Below, one piece after another: positions 8,585 to 16,550 of a stretch of 42,583 nucleotides of DNA (position 1 is the stretch's first letter; the number at the start of each line of letters is the position of its first letter). Below the pieces are notes generated by a model. It had not been told where the DNA came from and did not search any database. It was given only the letters and a program-made list of their open reading frames with translations. A program made the position numbers and the translations under genes. Source of the DNA: an uncultured Acetobacteraceae bacterium (GTDB lineage: Bacteria; Pseudomonadota; Alphaproteobacteria; Acetobacterales; Acetobacteraceae). The stretch is from assembly GCA_964247395.1 (NCBI GenBank), contig CAXTUK010000001.1, forward strand, positions 1 to 42,583. The letters run 5' to 3'.

Positions 8585-10018
8585 TCAGTCGCCGATCCGG
8601 CTTCTGCCGATTTCCATCAGCAGACCAACCAGATCCAGGACATCCCGGGCCGAGGTCCGGCCGTTCGTGATGCACATCCGCACGACGTCACGGCCGCGAA
8701 ACCCGGCGCAGGAGACCCAGGCCCGGCCCGACGCGACAATGTCAGCGGCAATCGATCTCGCGTCGCGATATCCCGCCGGAGGAACCGCGCAGACGACCGC
8801 CATGCAGGACCGGTTCACGACCGTCCAGCCGCGCGCCGTCAACTCCAGCTTCAGCAGCTCTGCGAGATCGATCGCGCGTTCGAGGTGGTCGGCGTAGCCT
8901 CGCCAGCCGGCCACCGCCAGCGCCACGAACAACCGCAAGCCGAGAAAGCGCCGCGACCATTGCGTCGACACCATGTAAGGGTCATGCGCCTCGGTCGATG
9001 GCATGAAGCCAGCCTTCGTATGGAACGCCTCGGCGAGCACGCTGGCGTGTCGTGCGATGAACATGCCGCACGACATCGTCGTCGCGAACCATTTGTGGGC
9101 GTCGACCGTGACCGAGTCTGCATCCTCGATGCCAGAGAGCTCGGGAAGCAGCCGATCCGACGCGAGCAGCGAACCGCCCCAGGCCGCATCGACATGAAAC
9201 CAGAGTTTCCGGGCGCGAGCGATCTCGCCCAGATCGCGGAGCGGGTCGACCATCCCCGCGTTCGTCGTTCCCGCCGTGCCCACGATCATGATCGGAAAAC
9301 ACCCGTGCGCGACATCGGCGTCGATCGTCGCCGCCAGCGCTCCGCTGTCCATGCAGCCCGCATCGTCGCAACTGACCGTGGTCACCGACCCTCGCCCGAG
9401 CCCGGACTGATGCGCCGCCTTGAACCAGGCGAGGTGCGCGTCTTCGGAGACGTAGATCCTCGGCGATCCGTCGAACGCCCTCGCTCCTCGCGAGGCAAAG
9501 CCAGGATGAGCCCTGGTCATCGCGCAGACGAGCGCGGTGAAGTTCGCCTCCGACCCTCCGGTCGTGAAATGGCCGTTCGCGCCGGCCGGCATGCCTGCCC
9601 TGTCCGCGATGGCGCGGATCACGTGCGCCTCGATCGCAACCGGAACCGGCGACGTCGTGGCGCTTGCAAGCTGCGGATTGAAGGAGGCGACGATCCGCTC
9701 CGCGCATTCCGCCGGGAAGGCCGGTGCGGGATTGAACAGGCCGAAATACCGTGGGTGCGTCACCTGGACGATGCCGTGTTCGAGCTGATCGACCGTCCAG
9801 GCGAGCACATCCCGTAGCGCTCGCCTCGACGAGAAGTCGAAGCCTACGAGGTCCGATCGGAACCGAGCGAGTTCGACGGCGGCGCTCACGCGGCCGTCCG
9901 GAATCCGGCCCGACGCTTCGTCGAGCATCGCGTCGAGAAGGCGATTGACGCAATCGCGCTCCTGCGCCGAGGGAAACAGCGGCGCGATCAGCGCGGCCCG
10001 AGGCTCGCTTACGTTCAC
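8585..10018 (-). CDS. Group II (fold-type I) pyridoxal-phosphate-dependent amino-acid decarboxylase
   Basis: Motifs HFTTGGSEANFTAL, GTAGTTNAGMVDPL, HVDAAWGG and the PLP-lysine motif SVTVDAHKWF. Start re-assigned to GTG at 10016-10018, overlapping the metA-like stop (GTGA). The 24 upstream codons of the track ORF overlap metA. Confidence 0.85.
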   Translation of the reverse strand: MNVSEPRAALIAPLFPSAQERDCVNRLLDAMLDEASGRIPDGRVSAAVELARFRSDLVGFDFSSRRALRDVLAWTVDQLEHGIVQVTHPRYFGLFNPAPAFPAECAERIVASFNPQLASATTSPVPVAIEAHVIRAIADRAGMPAGANGHFTTGGSEANFTALVCAMTRAHPGFASRGARAFDGSPRIYVSEDAHLAWFKAAHQSGLGRGSVTTVSCDDAGCMDSGALAATIDADVAHGCFPIMIVGTAGTTNAGMVDPLRDLGEIARARKLWFHVDAAWGGSLLASDRLLPELSGIEDADSVTVDAHKWFATTMSCGMFIARHASVLAEAFHTKAGFMPSTEAHDPYMVSTQWSRRFLGLRLFVALAVAGWRGYADHLERAIDLAELLKLELTARGWTVVNRSCMAVVCAVPPAGYRDARSIAADIVASGRAWVSCAGFRGRDVVRMCITNGRTSARDVLDLVGLLMEIGRSRIGD

Positions 10019-11019
10019 GGCGCCAGGACCGGTATCGCGCCGGCATCCGCGAGCCACGCCGTATCGACGCGCGACGGATACGCATGGCACGCAGCGGCCC
10101 GTCGAGACCGGACCGTGTCGAGCCAGTTGGCGAACAACGCGACTGCCCAGGGTTTCGGCGCATCCGCCAGCCGCACGTCATCAAGGACGCCGAGCACTTC
10201 CACCAGCACCGCCTGCTCACGCTTGCCCGACCCTTCCTCCCGCAATGCGCCGAGCGCGGCCGCGGTCGGACCATCGAAGAGGTTGTCCGGCAACTCCGGG
10301 TAGTCACCCCTCTCGCCGAGGAAGAAGCGGCGCGCGTCCCTCCTGTACTCGGAGATCAGACACTCCGAATCGTATTCCGGGTGACCCTGCAGGAACAGGA
10401 ATTGTGCTCCGGTCTCCTTGGCGAAGATGTCCACTCCGCGCCCGACCGTCCTCGACACGATCTCGTAGCCGCACCCGGCAAGCTCCTGTTCGGCCAAGTC
10501 ATGATAGCGGGAGTGCGGGCTCTGCCATCGGTTCGGCAAGCCGGCGCTCAGGCGATGCCCGGACGCGACCAGACGCGATTCGAACAGTCCCGACGCCTTG
10601 GTCTCGAAACGACGCCGCGCCAGACCGTCCAGGTGCAGCACCGCCGCATGAGCGGCGAGACACGAGAAGATCGTCGGCACCGAATGGCTCTCGGCCCAGT
10701 CGATGATCGCCGTCAAACGCGGCCAGACCGGCTCATCGGACAGTCGCGCCGTGACAGGTTCCATACCGGTCAGGATCAGACCCTCGATCCCGGAATCGAA
10801 CAACTCGTCCGCATCGCGGTAGCCGTCCGCGCCGGCGCGTGCCGGGACAGCATCCAGTTCCCGACACCGGAACAGCTCGAGCCGGACGCCGGCGGGCGAG
10901 GCGCGGCCCAGCAGGTCGCGAAAGCATCGTTCCGTATTGCGCAAGGCGCGGCCGGATGTGTTGTTGACCAATCCGATGATCGGCCGATCCGTCGTGCGCG
11001 GTCGCGTCTGCCGGTTCAT
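10015..11019 (-). CDS. metA: MetA-family homoserine O-acyl(succinyl/acetyl)transferase, divergent N-terminus
   Basis: By-eye alignment to E. coli MetA: IEGLILTGMEP, catalytic-Cys block PTIFSCLAAHAA, PHSRYHD, His/Glu block FLQGHPEYD, and LFANWLD. The E. coli LNLMPKK block is replaced by GLVNNTSG. ATGA overlap with the metY-like stop. Confidence 0.8.
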   Translation of the reverse strand: MNRQTRPRTTDRPIIGLVNNTSGRALRNTERCFRDLLGRASPAGVRLELFRCRELDAVPARAGADGYRDADELFDSGIEGLILTGMEPVTARLSDEPVWPRLTAIIDWAESHSVPTIFSCLAAHAAVLHLDGLARRRFETKASGLFESRLVASGHRLSAGLPNRWQSPHSRYHDLAEQELAGCGYEIVSRTVGRGVDIFAKETGAQFLFLQGHPEYDSECLISEYRRDARRFFLGERGDYPELPDNLFDGPTAAALGALREEGSGKREQAVLVEVLGVLDDVRLADAPKPWAVALFANWLDTVRSRRAAACHAYPSRVDTAWLADAGAIPVLAP

Positions 11020-12350
11020 CGAGCGGCCGTCATCAGGTTCTCGTCGGTCTCACGCGCGGGTGCTGCCGCCTGACGGCCGACGGCGATGCCGAGCGCCCGA
11101 TCGAGATCGGCGACAATGTCGTCGACATGCTCGATGCCGATGCTCAACCGGATCATGTCCGCGGTCACGCCGGCCTTTCCCTGCTCGTCGGCCGACATCT
11201 GCCGGTGCGTGGTCGAGGCCGGGTGGCAGGCAAGCGACTTCGAATCACCCAGGTTGACGACCCTCTTGACCAGGCGCAGCGCGTCGTAGAACCGCACGCC
11301 GGCCGCAAAGCCGCCTTCGATGCCGAAGGCCATCAGCGAGCAGGGCCGGCCGCCAAGGTATTTCCCGACCAGCCCATGGTAGCGGTTGTCCCGGAACCCG
11401 GCATAGTTGACCCACGCGACGCGCGGGTCCCGGGCGAGGAAGTCCGCGATCCGTCGGGCATTCTCGACATGACGGTCGATCCGCACCGCGACCGTCTCGA
11501 TCCCCTGCAGCAACAGGAACGCATTGAAGGGCGACAGGGCGCTTCCGGTGGTGCGTAGGAAGACGCTGCGGCAGCGGGCGATGTAGGCCGCCGGCCCGAA
11601 ATGGTCGTTGTAGACCAGGCCGTGATAGGAACGGTCCGGCTCGCTGAACATCGGGAACTTCCCGGCCGTCGCCGCCCAGGGAAACTTGCCGCTATCGACG
11701 ATGGCGCCACCGAGCGTCGTTCCATGCCCGCCGAGGAACTTGGTCAGCGAGTGGACGACGATGTCGGCGCCGAATTCGATGGGCCGCGACAACATCGGCG
11801 TCGCCACGGTGTTGTCGACGATGAGCGGCACGCCGTGCCGGTGCGCCACGTCGGCCAGGGCCTCGATGTCGGCCACGTTCCCCGCCGGATTGCCGACCGT
11901 CTCGCAGAACACCGCGCGCGTTTGCGGATCGATCATCTTCTCGATGTCGACCGCGCCGTCGCTCCTGGCGAACTTGACGGTCACGCCCTGACTGGGGAAC
12001 AGGTGAGCGAAAAGCGAATGGGTGGTGCCGTAGAGCTGCGGGACGGAGACGACGTTCGTCCCGGGACTGACGACGTTGGCGACGGCGTAGTGCAGCGCAG
12101 ACTGACCGGACGCCACCACCAGCGCTTCGATCCCGCCCTCGAGTGCGCACACGCGCGCTTCCAGCACCGCGTTCGTCGGATTGCTGATCCGGCTGTAGCG
12201 ATGACCGTCCGTTTCCAGGTTGAACAGTGCCGCCGCATGCTCGGCGCTGTCGAATTCGTAGGCGACGGTCTGATGGATCGGTACCGCTAACGATCGCGTC
12301 GTCGCGTCTTTGTCGAAGCCGGCGTGGAGCGCGATCGTCTCGTTACGCAT
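11016..12350 (-). CDS. metY: O-acetyl/O-succinyl-homoserine sulfhydrylase family PLP enzyme (MetY/MetZ/CGS gamma-replacement fold)
   Basis: Motifs MRNETIALHAGF, YSRISNPT, PLIVDNTVATP, PLP-Lys block VVHSLTKFLGGHG, and NLGDSKSLACHPASTTH. 444 aa. Confidence 0.85.
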   Translation of the reverse strand: MRNETIALHAGFDKDATTRSLAVPIHQTVAYEFDSAEHAAALFNLETDGHRYSRISNPTNAVLEARVCALEGGIEALVVASGQSALHYAVANVVSPGTNVVSVPQLYGTTHSLFAHLFPSQGVTVKFARSDGAVDIEKMIDPQTRAVFCETVGNPAGNVADIEALADVAHRHGVPLIVDNTVATPMLSRPIEFGADIVVHSLTKFLGGHGTTLGGAIVDSGKFPWAATAGKFPMFSEPDRSYHGLVYNDHFGPAAYIARCRSVFLRTTGSALSPFNAFLLLQGIETVAVRIDRHVENARRIADFLARDPRVAWVNYAGFRDNRYHGLVGKYLGGRPCSLMAFGIEGGFAAGVRFYDALRLVKRVVNLGDSKSLACHPASTTHRQMSADEQGKAGVTADMIRLSIGIEHVDDIVADLDRALGIAVGRQAAAPARETDENLMTAAR

Positions 12351-12508
12351 AGGAGGCTGAACCCTGCCTGGCCGCCCTCGATCCGCCCATGACCGAACCG
12401 GTCTTCACGATCGCTGGTGTGACGGTATTTTGGACATGTTTGTCGTTATGCGACAATTAACCCGTTTGGACGCGGTCAAATGGTCTGCATCTTGCCCGTC
12501 CAGTGGGA
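12351..12508 (-). promoter_or_regulatory. AT-richer intergenic leader upstream of the metY-like sub-operon (probable internal promoter/operator)
   Basis: This is the only sizeable gap (158 nt) in the 4.9-19.5 kb minus-strand gene string. GC is visibly lower here, and it contains the 6-5-6 palindrome TTGTCGttatgCGACAA at 12440-12456. No consensus -35/-10 could be assigned. Confidence 0.35.
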
Positions 12509-13243
12509 TCAGGCCGTGTTCCCGGCGTCCACCGTCATCACGGTGCCGGTGATGTTCCGGGCCTTGTCGCTGAAGAGATAGTCCACGAGGTGCGCCACGT
12601 CGTCGATCTCGGGCATCCGTCGCAGCGCACTGCGCCGCTTGATCTTCTCCCGCTCCTCCGACGTGAGACTGTCGGTCATGTCAGTGTCGAGAAAACCGGG
12701 CGCCACGACGTTCACGGTGATCCCGAGCGGCCCGAGTTCGCGCGCCAGCGACCGCGTGAACCCGATCAGCGACGCCTTCGTCGCGCTGTATGCGGACATC
12801 CCGCTGTAACCGGTCGAACTCACGATGGACGAGATGTTCACGATGCGCCCGCCGGCTTGCCCGAGCATCGAACGCACCACGTGCCGCGTCAGGATCAACG
12901 GGGCCAGCGTGTTCAGCCGCACGAGGCTCTCGATCTCGCGGTCGGGCATGTTGGCGAGCACGCCGGCCGTGCCGAGGCCGGCATTGTTGACCAACCCGTA
13001 GATCGGACCGTGCGTCGCCTTCAGCGTCTTCACCAGGCCGGGCAAGCCGCCGGTGTCGGCCAGGTCGAAAGCCTTGAAATGCAACCTGCCTAGCGGCACG
13101 CCTTCGAGCTCCTGCCTCGCCGTCGTGAGTATCTCGCTGTCGCGGCGGGCGACCGCCACGACGTTGAAGCCGGACAACGCCAGCCTCCGCGCGATGCCGA
13201 GTCCGAGGCCCCGGCTGCCGCCGGTCACCAGCACATTACGCAA
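12509..13243 (-). CDS. Short-chain dehydrogenase/reductase, FabG (3-oxoacyl-carrier-protein reductase)-like
   Basis: Motifs VLVTGGSRGLG, NNAG, catalytic YSATK, and PGFLDTDM. Start re-assigned to TTG 13241-13243 (GGAG 7 nt upstream) or GTG 13232-13234. The longer track ORF overlaps the ligase gene. Confidence 0.85.
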   Translation of the reverse strand: MRNVLVTGGSRGLGLGIARRLALSGFNVVAVARRDSEILTTARQELEGVPLGRLHFKAFDLADTGGLPGLVKTLKATHGPIYGLVNNAGLGTAGVLANMPDREIESLVRLNTLAPLILTRHVVRSMLGQAGGRIVNISSIVSSTGYSGMSAYSATKASLIGFTRSLARELGPLGITVNVVAPGFLDTDMTDSLTSEEREKIKRRSALRRMPEIDDVAHLVDYLFSDKARNITGTVMTVDAGNTA

Positions 13244-14627
13244 GCGCGCGCTCCATCTTTCCCGACGGCGCGATCCCGAGACAGGCGACCTGTTCGATGA
13301 TTGCCGGCACTTCGTGGGCGGCGAGACTTCGCCGGCACAGATGCCGGACCTCGTCGCTGATCGCCGCCGGGTCGAGAACTCCGACATGGATGTCCTTGAG
13401 GACATATTCGGCGATTACGAGCGCGCCGGTGATCGGGCTTCGCCGTCCAGAGACCCGGGACATGAGAACCGCTTCGTGCTGGTTGATCACCGCCTCGACC
13501 GTTTCCGGACTGACCTTGCGTCCGCCGACATTGATCACCCCGCCGCGGCGCCCGGAAAAAAAGCATCGCCCGTCGCGGATCTCGATCAGGTCGCCGGTGT
13601 CGACGAAACCCCGCTCATCGGCGAGCTTCGGCATGTCCGCTCCAAGATAGCCCGTCGCGGCGCGGGGAGAGCGGATGCGCAGAGATCCGTCCTCGATGGC
13701 GAGATCGACGCCCTCGCCGCGGTATCCGATCAACGAGACCGGAAAGCCCGCTCGGCCGTCGCGAACGTCGAACGCGATGCCGGCTTCGGTGGAGGCGAAC
13801 GCATGTGCGATCTCGGCATCGGGGAAGGTGCGACGTAGGCCGTCCAGGATGGCCTGATCGGCGGCCTCTCCGGACAGTCGCAGATAGCGCGGCGACATCT
13901 TCGAGAGCGCGTCGCTCATCAGCGCTCGCCGCCAATGCGTGGGCGTGCCCGAAATGTGCGTGACACCGGACCTGCCCGCGCGAGCCAGGAAGTCGGACGC
14001 AGGTTCGCCATCGCCGGACAGGACGAGCGACCCGCCGCCAACCAGGGCCCGGATGAGGATCTGCAGTCCCCCGTAGCGGCGGACGTCGTAGAACGTGCTC
14101 CACACCTTGTGGTCGCCGGCGACCGCATCGGCGAGCGGTCCCGAGAGGCTCGAGAATGTATGCATGGCCAGCTTCGGAGATCCGGTCGAGCCGGACGTGA
14201 ACAGCACCCATTCGGTGTCGACGTCGCGTGCGATGGCGTCGGACATGGCGTCGAGCCGGTCGCTGCACGCCACCAGCTCCGCACGAAGCTGTCCGAACTC
14301 GGACATGTCGCCGTCGGTCAGGATGATCTCGCATGCCGCATCGGTCGCGGCTTGCGTCAGCTGGTTGCGCGTGATGCCAGGCGGACGGATCACTAATCGC
14401 GCGGCGATGCCGTCGAGGGCGGCCAGGGCGCAGATCGTCGGCATCTGCCTTGCCGTGGACAACATCACCGATTGGTCGCGGAACTCTTCGAGCGGCCGTC
14501 CAAGTCCGGATCCATCGGCGACCTCGTGCACCGCCAGCCGCATCTGCGCGTCGGCCACGAAGCTCTCGGGCCTGTCCGCCCGCGCGACCATCCGGTCCCG
14601 GAGCGAAGCGATCCTACGCGGCCGCAT
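13236..14627 (-). CDS. ANL-superfamily adenylating ligase (DltA-role / acyl-carrier-protein ligase candidate)
   Basis: Motifs WVLFTSGSTGSPK, AFASTEAG, FVDTGDL, GRRGGVINVGGRKVSPETVE and the C-terminal APSGK. Start is ATG 14625-14627 (14-nt overlap with the ACP) or ATG 14589-14591. Confidence 0.8.
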   Translation of the reverse strand: MRPRRIASLRDRMVARADRPESFVADAQMRLAVHEVADGSGLGRPLEEFRDQSVMLSTARQMPTICALAALDGIAARLVIRPPGITRNQLTQAATDAACEIILTDGDMSEFGQLRAELVACSDRLDAMSDAIARDVDTEWVLFTSGSTGSPKLAMHTFSSLSGPLADAVAGDHKVWSTFYDVRRYGGLQILIRALVGGGSLVLSGDGEPASDFLARAGRSGVTHISGTPTHWRRALMSDALSKMSPRYLRLSGEAADQAILDGLRRTFPDAEIAHAFASTEAGIAFDVRDGRAGFPVSLIGYRGEGVDLAIEDGSLRIRSPRAATGYLGADMPKLADERGFVDTGDLIEIRDGRCFFSGRRGGVINVGGRKVSPETVEAVINQHEAVLMSRVSGRRSPITGALVIAEYVLKDIHVGVLDPAAISDEVRHLCRRSLAAHEVPAIIEQVACLGIAPSGKMERALA

Positions 14628-14874
14628 CTTCGTATAGCCTGATGAAATCGCCAACCGTGACCGGGAATGCGACATCTTCGCCGGTCGAGAACGGATCAAG
14701 GTCCAACCGGTCATCCAGGCTCGCGACGATCACCGCGATGCAGAGCGAGTCCAGACCCGAATCGAGCAGACGAAGCTGATCGGACAAGGGTGCCAGACGC
14801 TTGTCCTGCTGCTCGGCGACACGGACGATCTCGCCCAGCACGATCGAGCGTATGGGGGTTGTCGGATTTTCCAA
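14614..14874 (-). CDS. Acyl/peptidyl carrier protein (phosphopantetheine attachment LDSGLDSLC)
   Basis: 4-helix-bundle-sized ORF with a DSL serine motif. I prefer the second in-frame TTG (14872-14874) because GGAGG lies 5 nt upstream. The track start at 14898 is also a TTG. Confidence 0.7.
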   Translation of the reverse strand: MENPTTPIRSIVLGEIVRVAEQQDKRLAPLSDQLRLLDSGLDSLCIAVIVASLDDRLDLDPFSTGEDVAFPVTVGDFIRLYEDAAA

Positions 14875-14894
14875 TTGGGCCTCCTGGGTCGGAA

Positions 14895-16544
14895 TCAACG
14901 AGAGGGTTCGTGGGCGCCGTCGGACGTCGTCGCCTGAAGGAAGCCGATCATTTGTCGGGCGGCGATCTCCCGCATCGGGCCGGTCGTCAGATCATGATCC
15001 AGTTCGTGGCTGACGCAGCGATGCATCCCGGGAAACGTCAGGAGCTCCTTGCCGGCTTCGCCGAAATGCCGGTCGAGAGCATCGAGGCCGGCGTCGCCGC
15101 CGCCGAACAGGAGCAGCGTCCTCACCCCACGCTCGGCGAGGTTTCGCATCCCGCGCCGCGCAGCGCTCCCCGGCCCCGGCCGGTCGACGCGAAGCGAGAA
15201 GCAGGGAAGATTGACCAGCAGCAAGTCGCTCACCCGCGTCTCGGCGAGCGCACCCTGCCACGCGTGATACGCACCCGAGCACAAGCCGTTCAGGGCGAAC
15301 CGGCGGAACCCTTGCCGCTCGAGTTCGTCGAGAGACGCTGCGATATCCGGTGTTCTGTCGACGGTGAAGACGTGGTTGCAGTCCTCGATCCCGTTCGAGG
15401 CGGCGGCCTCGCTGTCGCCGAGTCCGGCGAAATCGAACCTGAACGAGCAGATCCCGGCACCCGCCAAGCGTCTCGCGAACTCGACGGAAAATCGCGCGAA
15501 TCCGTGATGCGGGTCGCCGCCCGTGTTGGCGATCAGCACCACGCGGTCGCTGGCTGCGTCTCGTGGCCGGCACAGCATCCCGAACAATCGGCGTCGCTGT
15601 CCGAAAGGAACTGGAATTTCGACGCAATCCGCCGGACGTAAGGTGCGAGCAGGCAGCGTCGAGCGCGCCATGCGCCTCGTCACCACCGGCGCCAGGCGGT
15701 CTCGCAGCCAGGACAGGATCGGTTGCAGGTCGGCGGAGGGCTCGTCGGCCAGGTGGCTCGGCCGAAGGAAGCCTTCGAGACCGCTGAACGGCAGGCACGT
15801 GACGTCCGCGCCGCCGTCGCGCCAAGCCTTCCTGCATGCCGACAGGAGCGGCGACTCATACTGCGTGAACAGCGACACATGATCCGCGCCGGGTCGGACC
15901 TGCCGCAGGTCGAGTTCCGACAGTCTCTCCACCGTCTCGGCGGAGAGACTCAGTTCATTGAGTGTCACGCCACCCTCCGGCCGCGTCTCGACCGACGCCC
16001 GAAGCCGTGACTCGACGCTCAGCTGCGAGATGAACGATCGGCCGCGAAGCACCGGCTCCAGCATCACCAGACCCCGGACATCGTCCCTCGCGGCGGCGAC
16101 GATCGCGGCGAGCGTGGCGCCGAGCCTGAGCCCGACGAGAACCAGACTTTCCGCACCGCTCACGCGCCGCAGCCAGTCCGCGGCGGCCTGCACGTTGCCC
16201 TGCCAAGCCTCCCAGCATTCAGCGCCGTCGAGCTCGAGCGAGTCGCCGGTGCCCTCGTAGTCGAACCGCAGCGTCGGGTAGCCTTGCGCACCCAGCCCGT
16301 TCGCCAGTAATCGGAACTGCCGATGCGCGTTGCTCGCATCGCGACCGACGCCGGAGCACAGGACCACCGCGACATCCCCGGTCACAACATCCGTTGCCGG
16401 GTGATACCAACCGAAGCAGCCACCGAACGACACCGGCTCCATGCGCGGCATAATCGGGCGGATCGCGTCTGCCTCGTCTTGTTCGGGCAGACTCCGGAAG
16501 CCACCCGACACGTTCGCATTTCGGCTATCGGCGACGGTTGTCAT
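14895..16544 (-). CDS. Fusion of two alpha/beta-hydrolase-fold domains (non-canonical nucleophile elbows)
   Basis: 549 aa with two repeats of the pattern: VVLxxxG..., then F(D/R)FxGxGDS, then an elbow. Elbow 1 is VGLRLGA (Arg at the nucleophile position, codon 16125-16127). Elbow 2 is NGLCSGA (Cys, codon 15279-15281). Confidence 0.7.
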   Translation of the reverse strand: MTTVADSRNANVSGGFRSLPEQDEADAIRPIMPRMEPVSFGGCFGWYHPATDVVTGDVAVVLCSGVGRDASNAHRQFRLLANGLGAQGYPTLRFDYEGTGDSLELDGAECWEAWQGNVQAAADWLRRVSGAESLVLVGLRLGATLAAIVAAARDDVRGLVMLEPVLRGRSFISQLSVESRLRASVETRPEGGVTLNELSLSAETVERLSELDLRQVRPGADHVSLFTQYESPLLSACRKAWRDGGADVTCLPFSGLEGFLRPSHLADEPSADLQPILSWLRDRLAPVVTRRMARSTLPARTLRPADCVEIPVPFGQRRRLFGMLCRPRDAASDRVVLIANTGGDPHHGFARFSVEFARRLAGAGICSFRFDFAGLGDSEAAASNGIEDCNHVFTVDRTPDIAASLDELERQGFRRFALNGLCSGAYHAWQGALAETRVSDLLLVNLPCFSLRVDRPGPGSAARRGMRNLAERGVRTLLLFGGGDAGLDALDRHFGEAGKELLTFPGMHRCVSHELDHDLTTGPMREIAARQMIGFLQATTSDGAHEPSR

Positions 16545-16550
16545 GCCGGT

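Noticed and set aside
5970-9817. Long plus-strand ORFs 5970..8024 (684 aa) and 8390..9817 (475 aa).
   Set aside because: They are antisense to the acyl-CoA synthetase, HDO-like and decarboxylase genes. They are Arg/Pro/Asp-rich with no motifs, and the opposite strand is fully explained by family-matched, translationally coupled genes.
12351-12508. Possible SAM riboswitch (SAM-II, SAM-V or SAM/SAH types common upstream of alphaproteobacterial met genes) in the metY-like leader.
   Set aside because: Reading the minus strand, I could not find the conserved AAAGCU-type pseudoknot core or a U-rich triplex strand. A covariance-model scan (Rfam SAM-II/SAM-V/SAM-SAH) would settle this.
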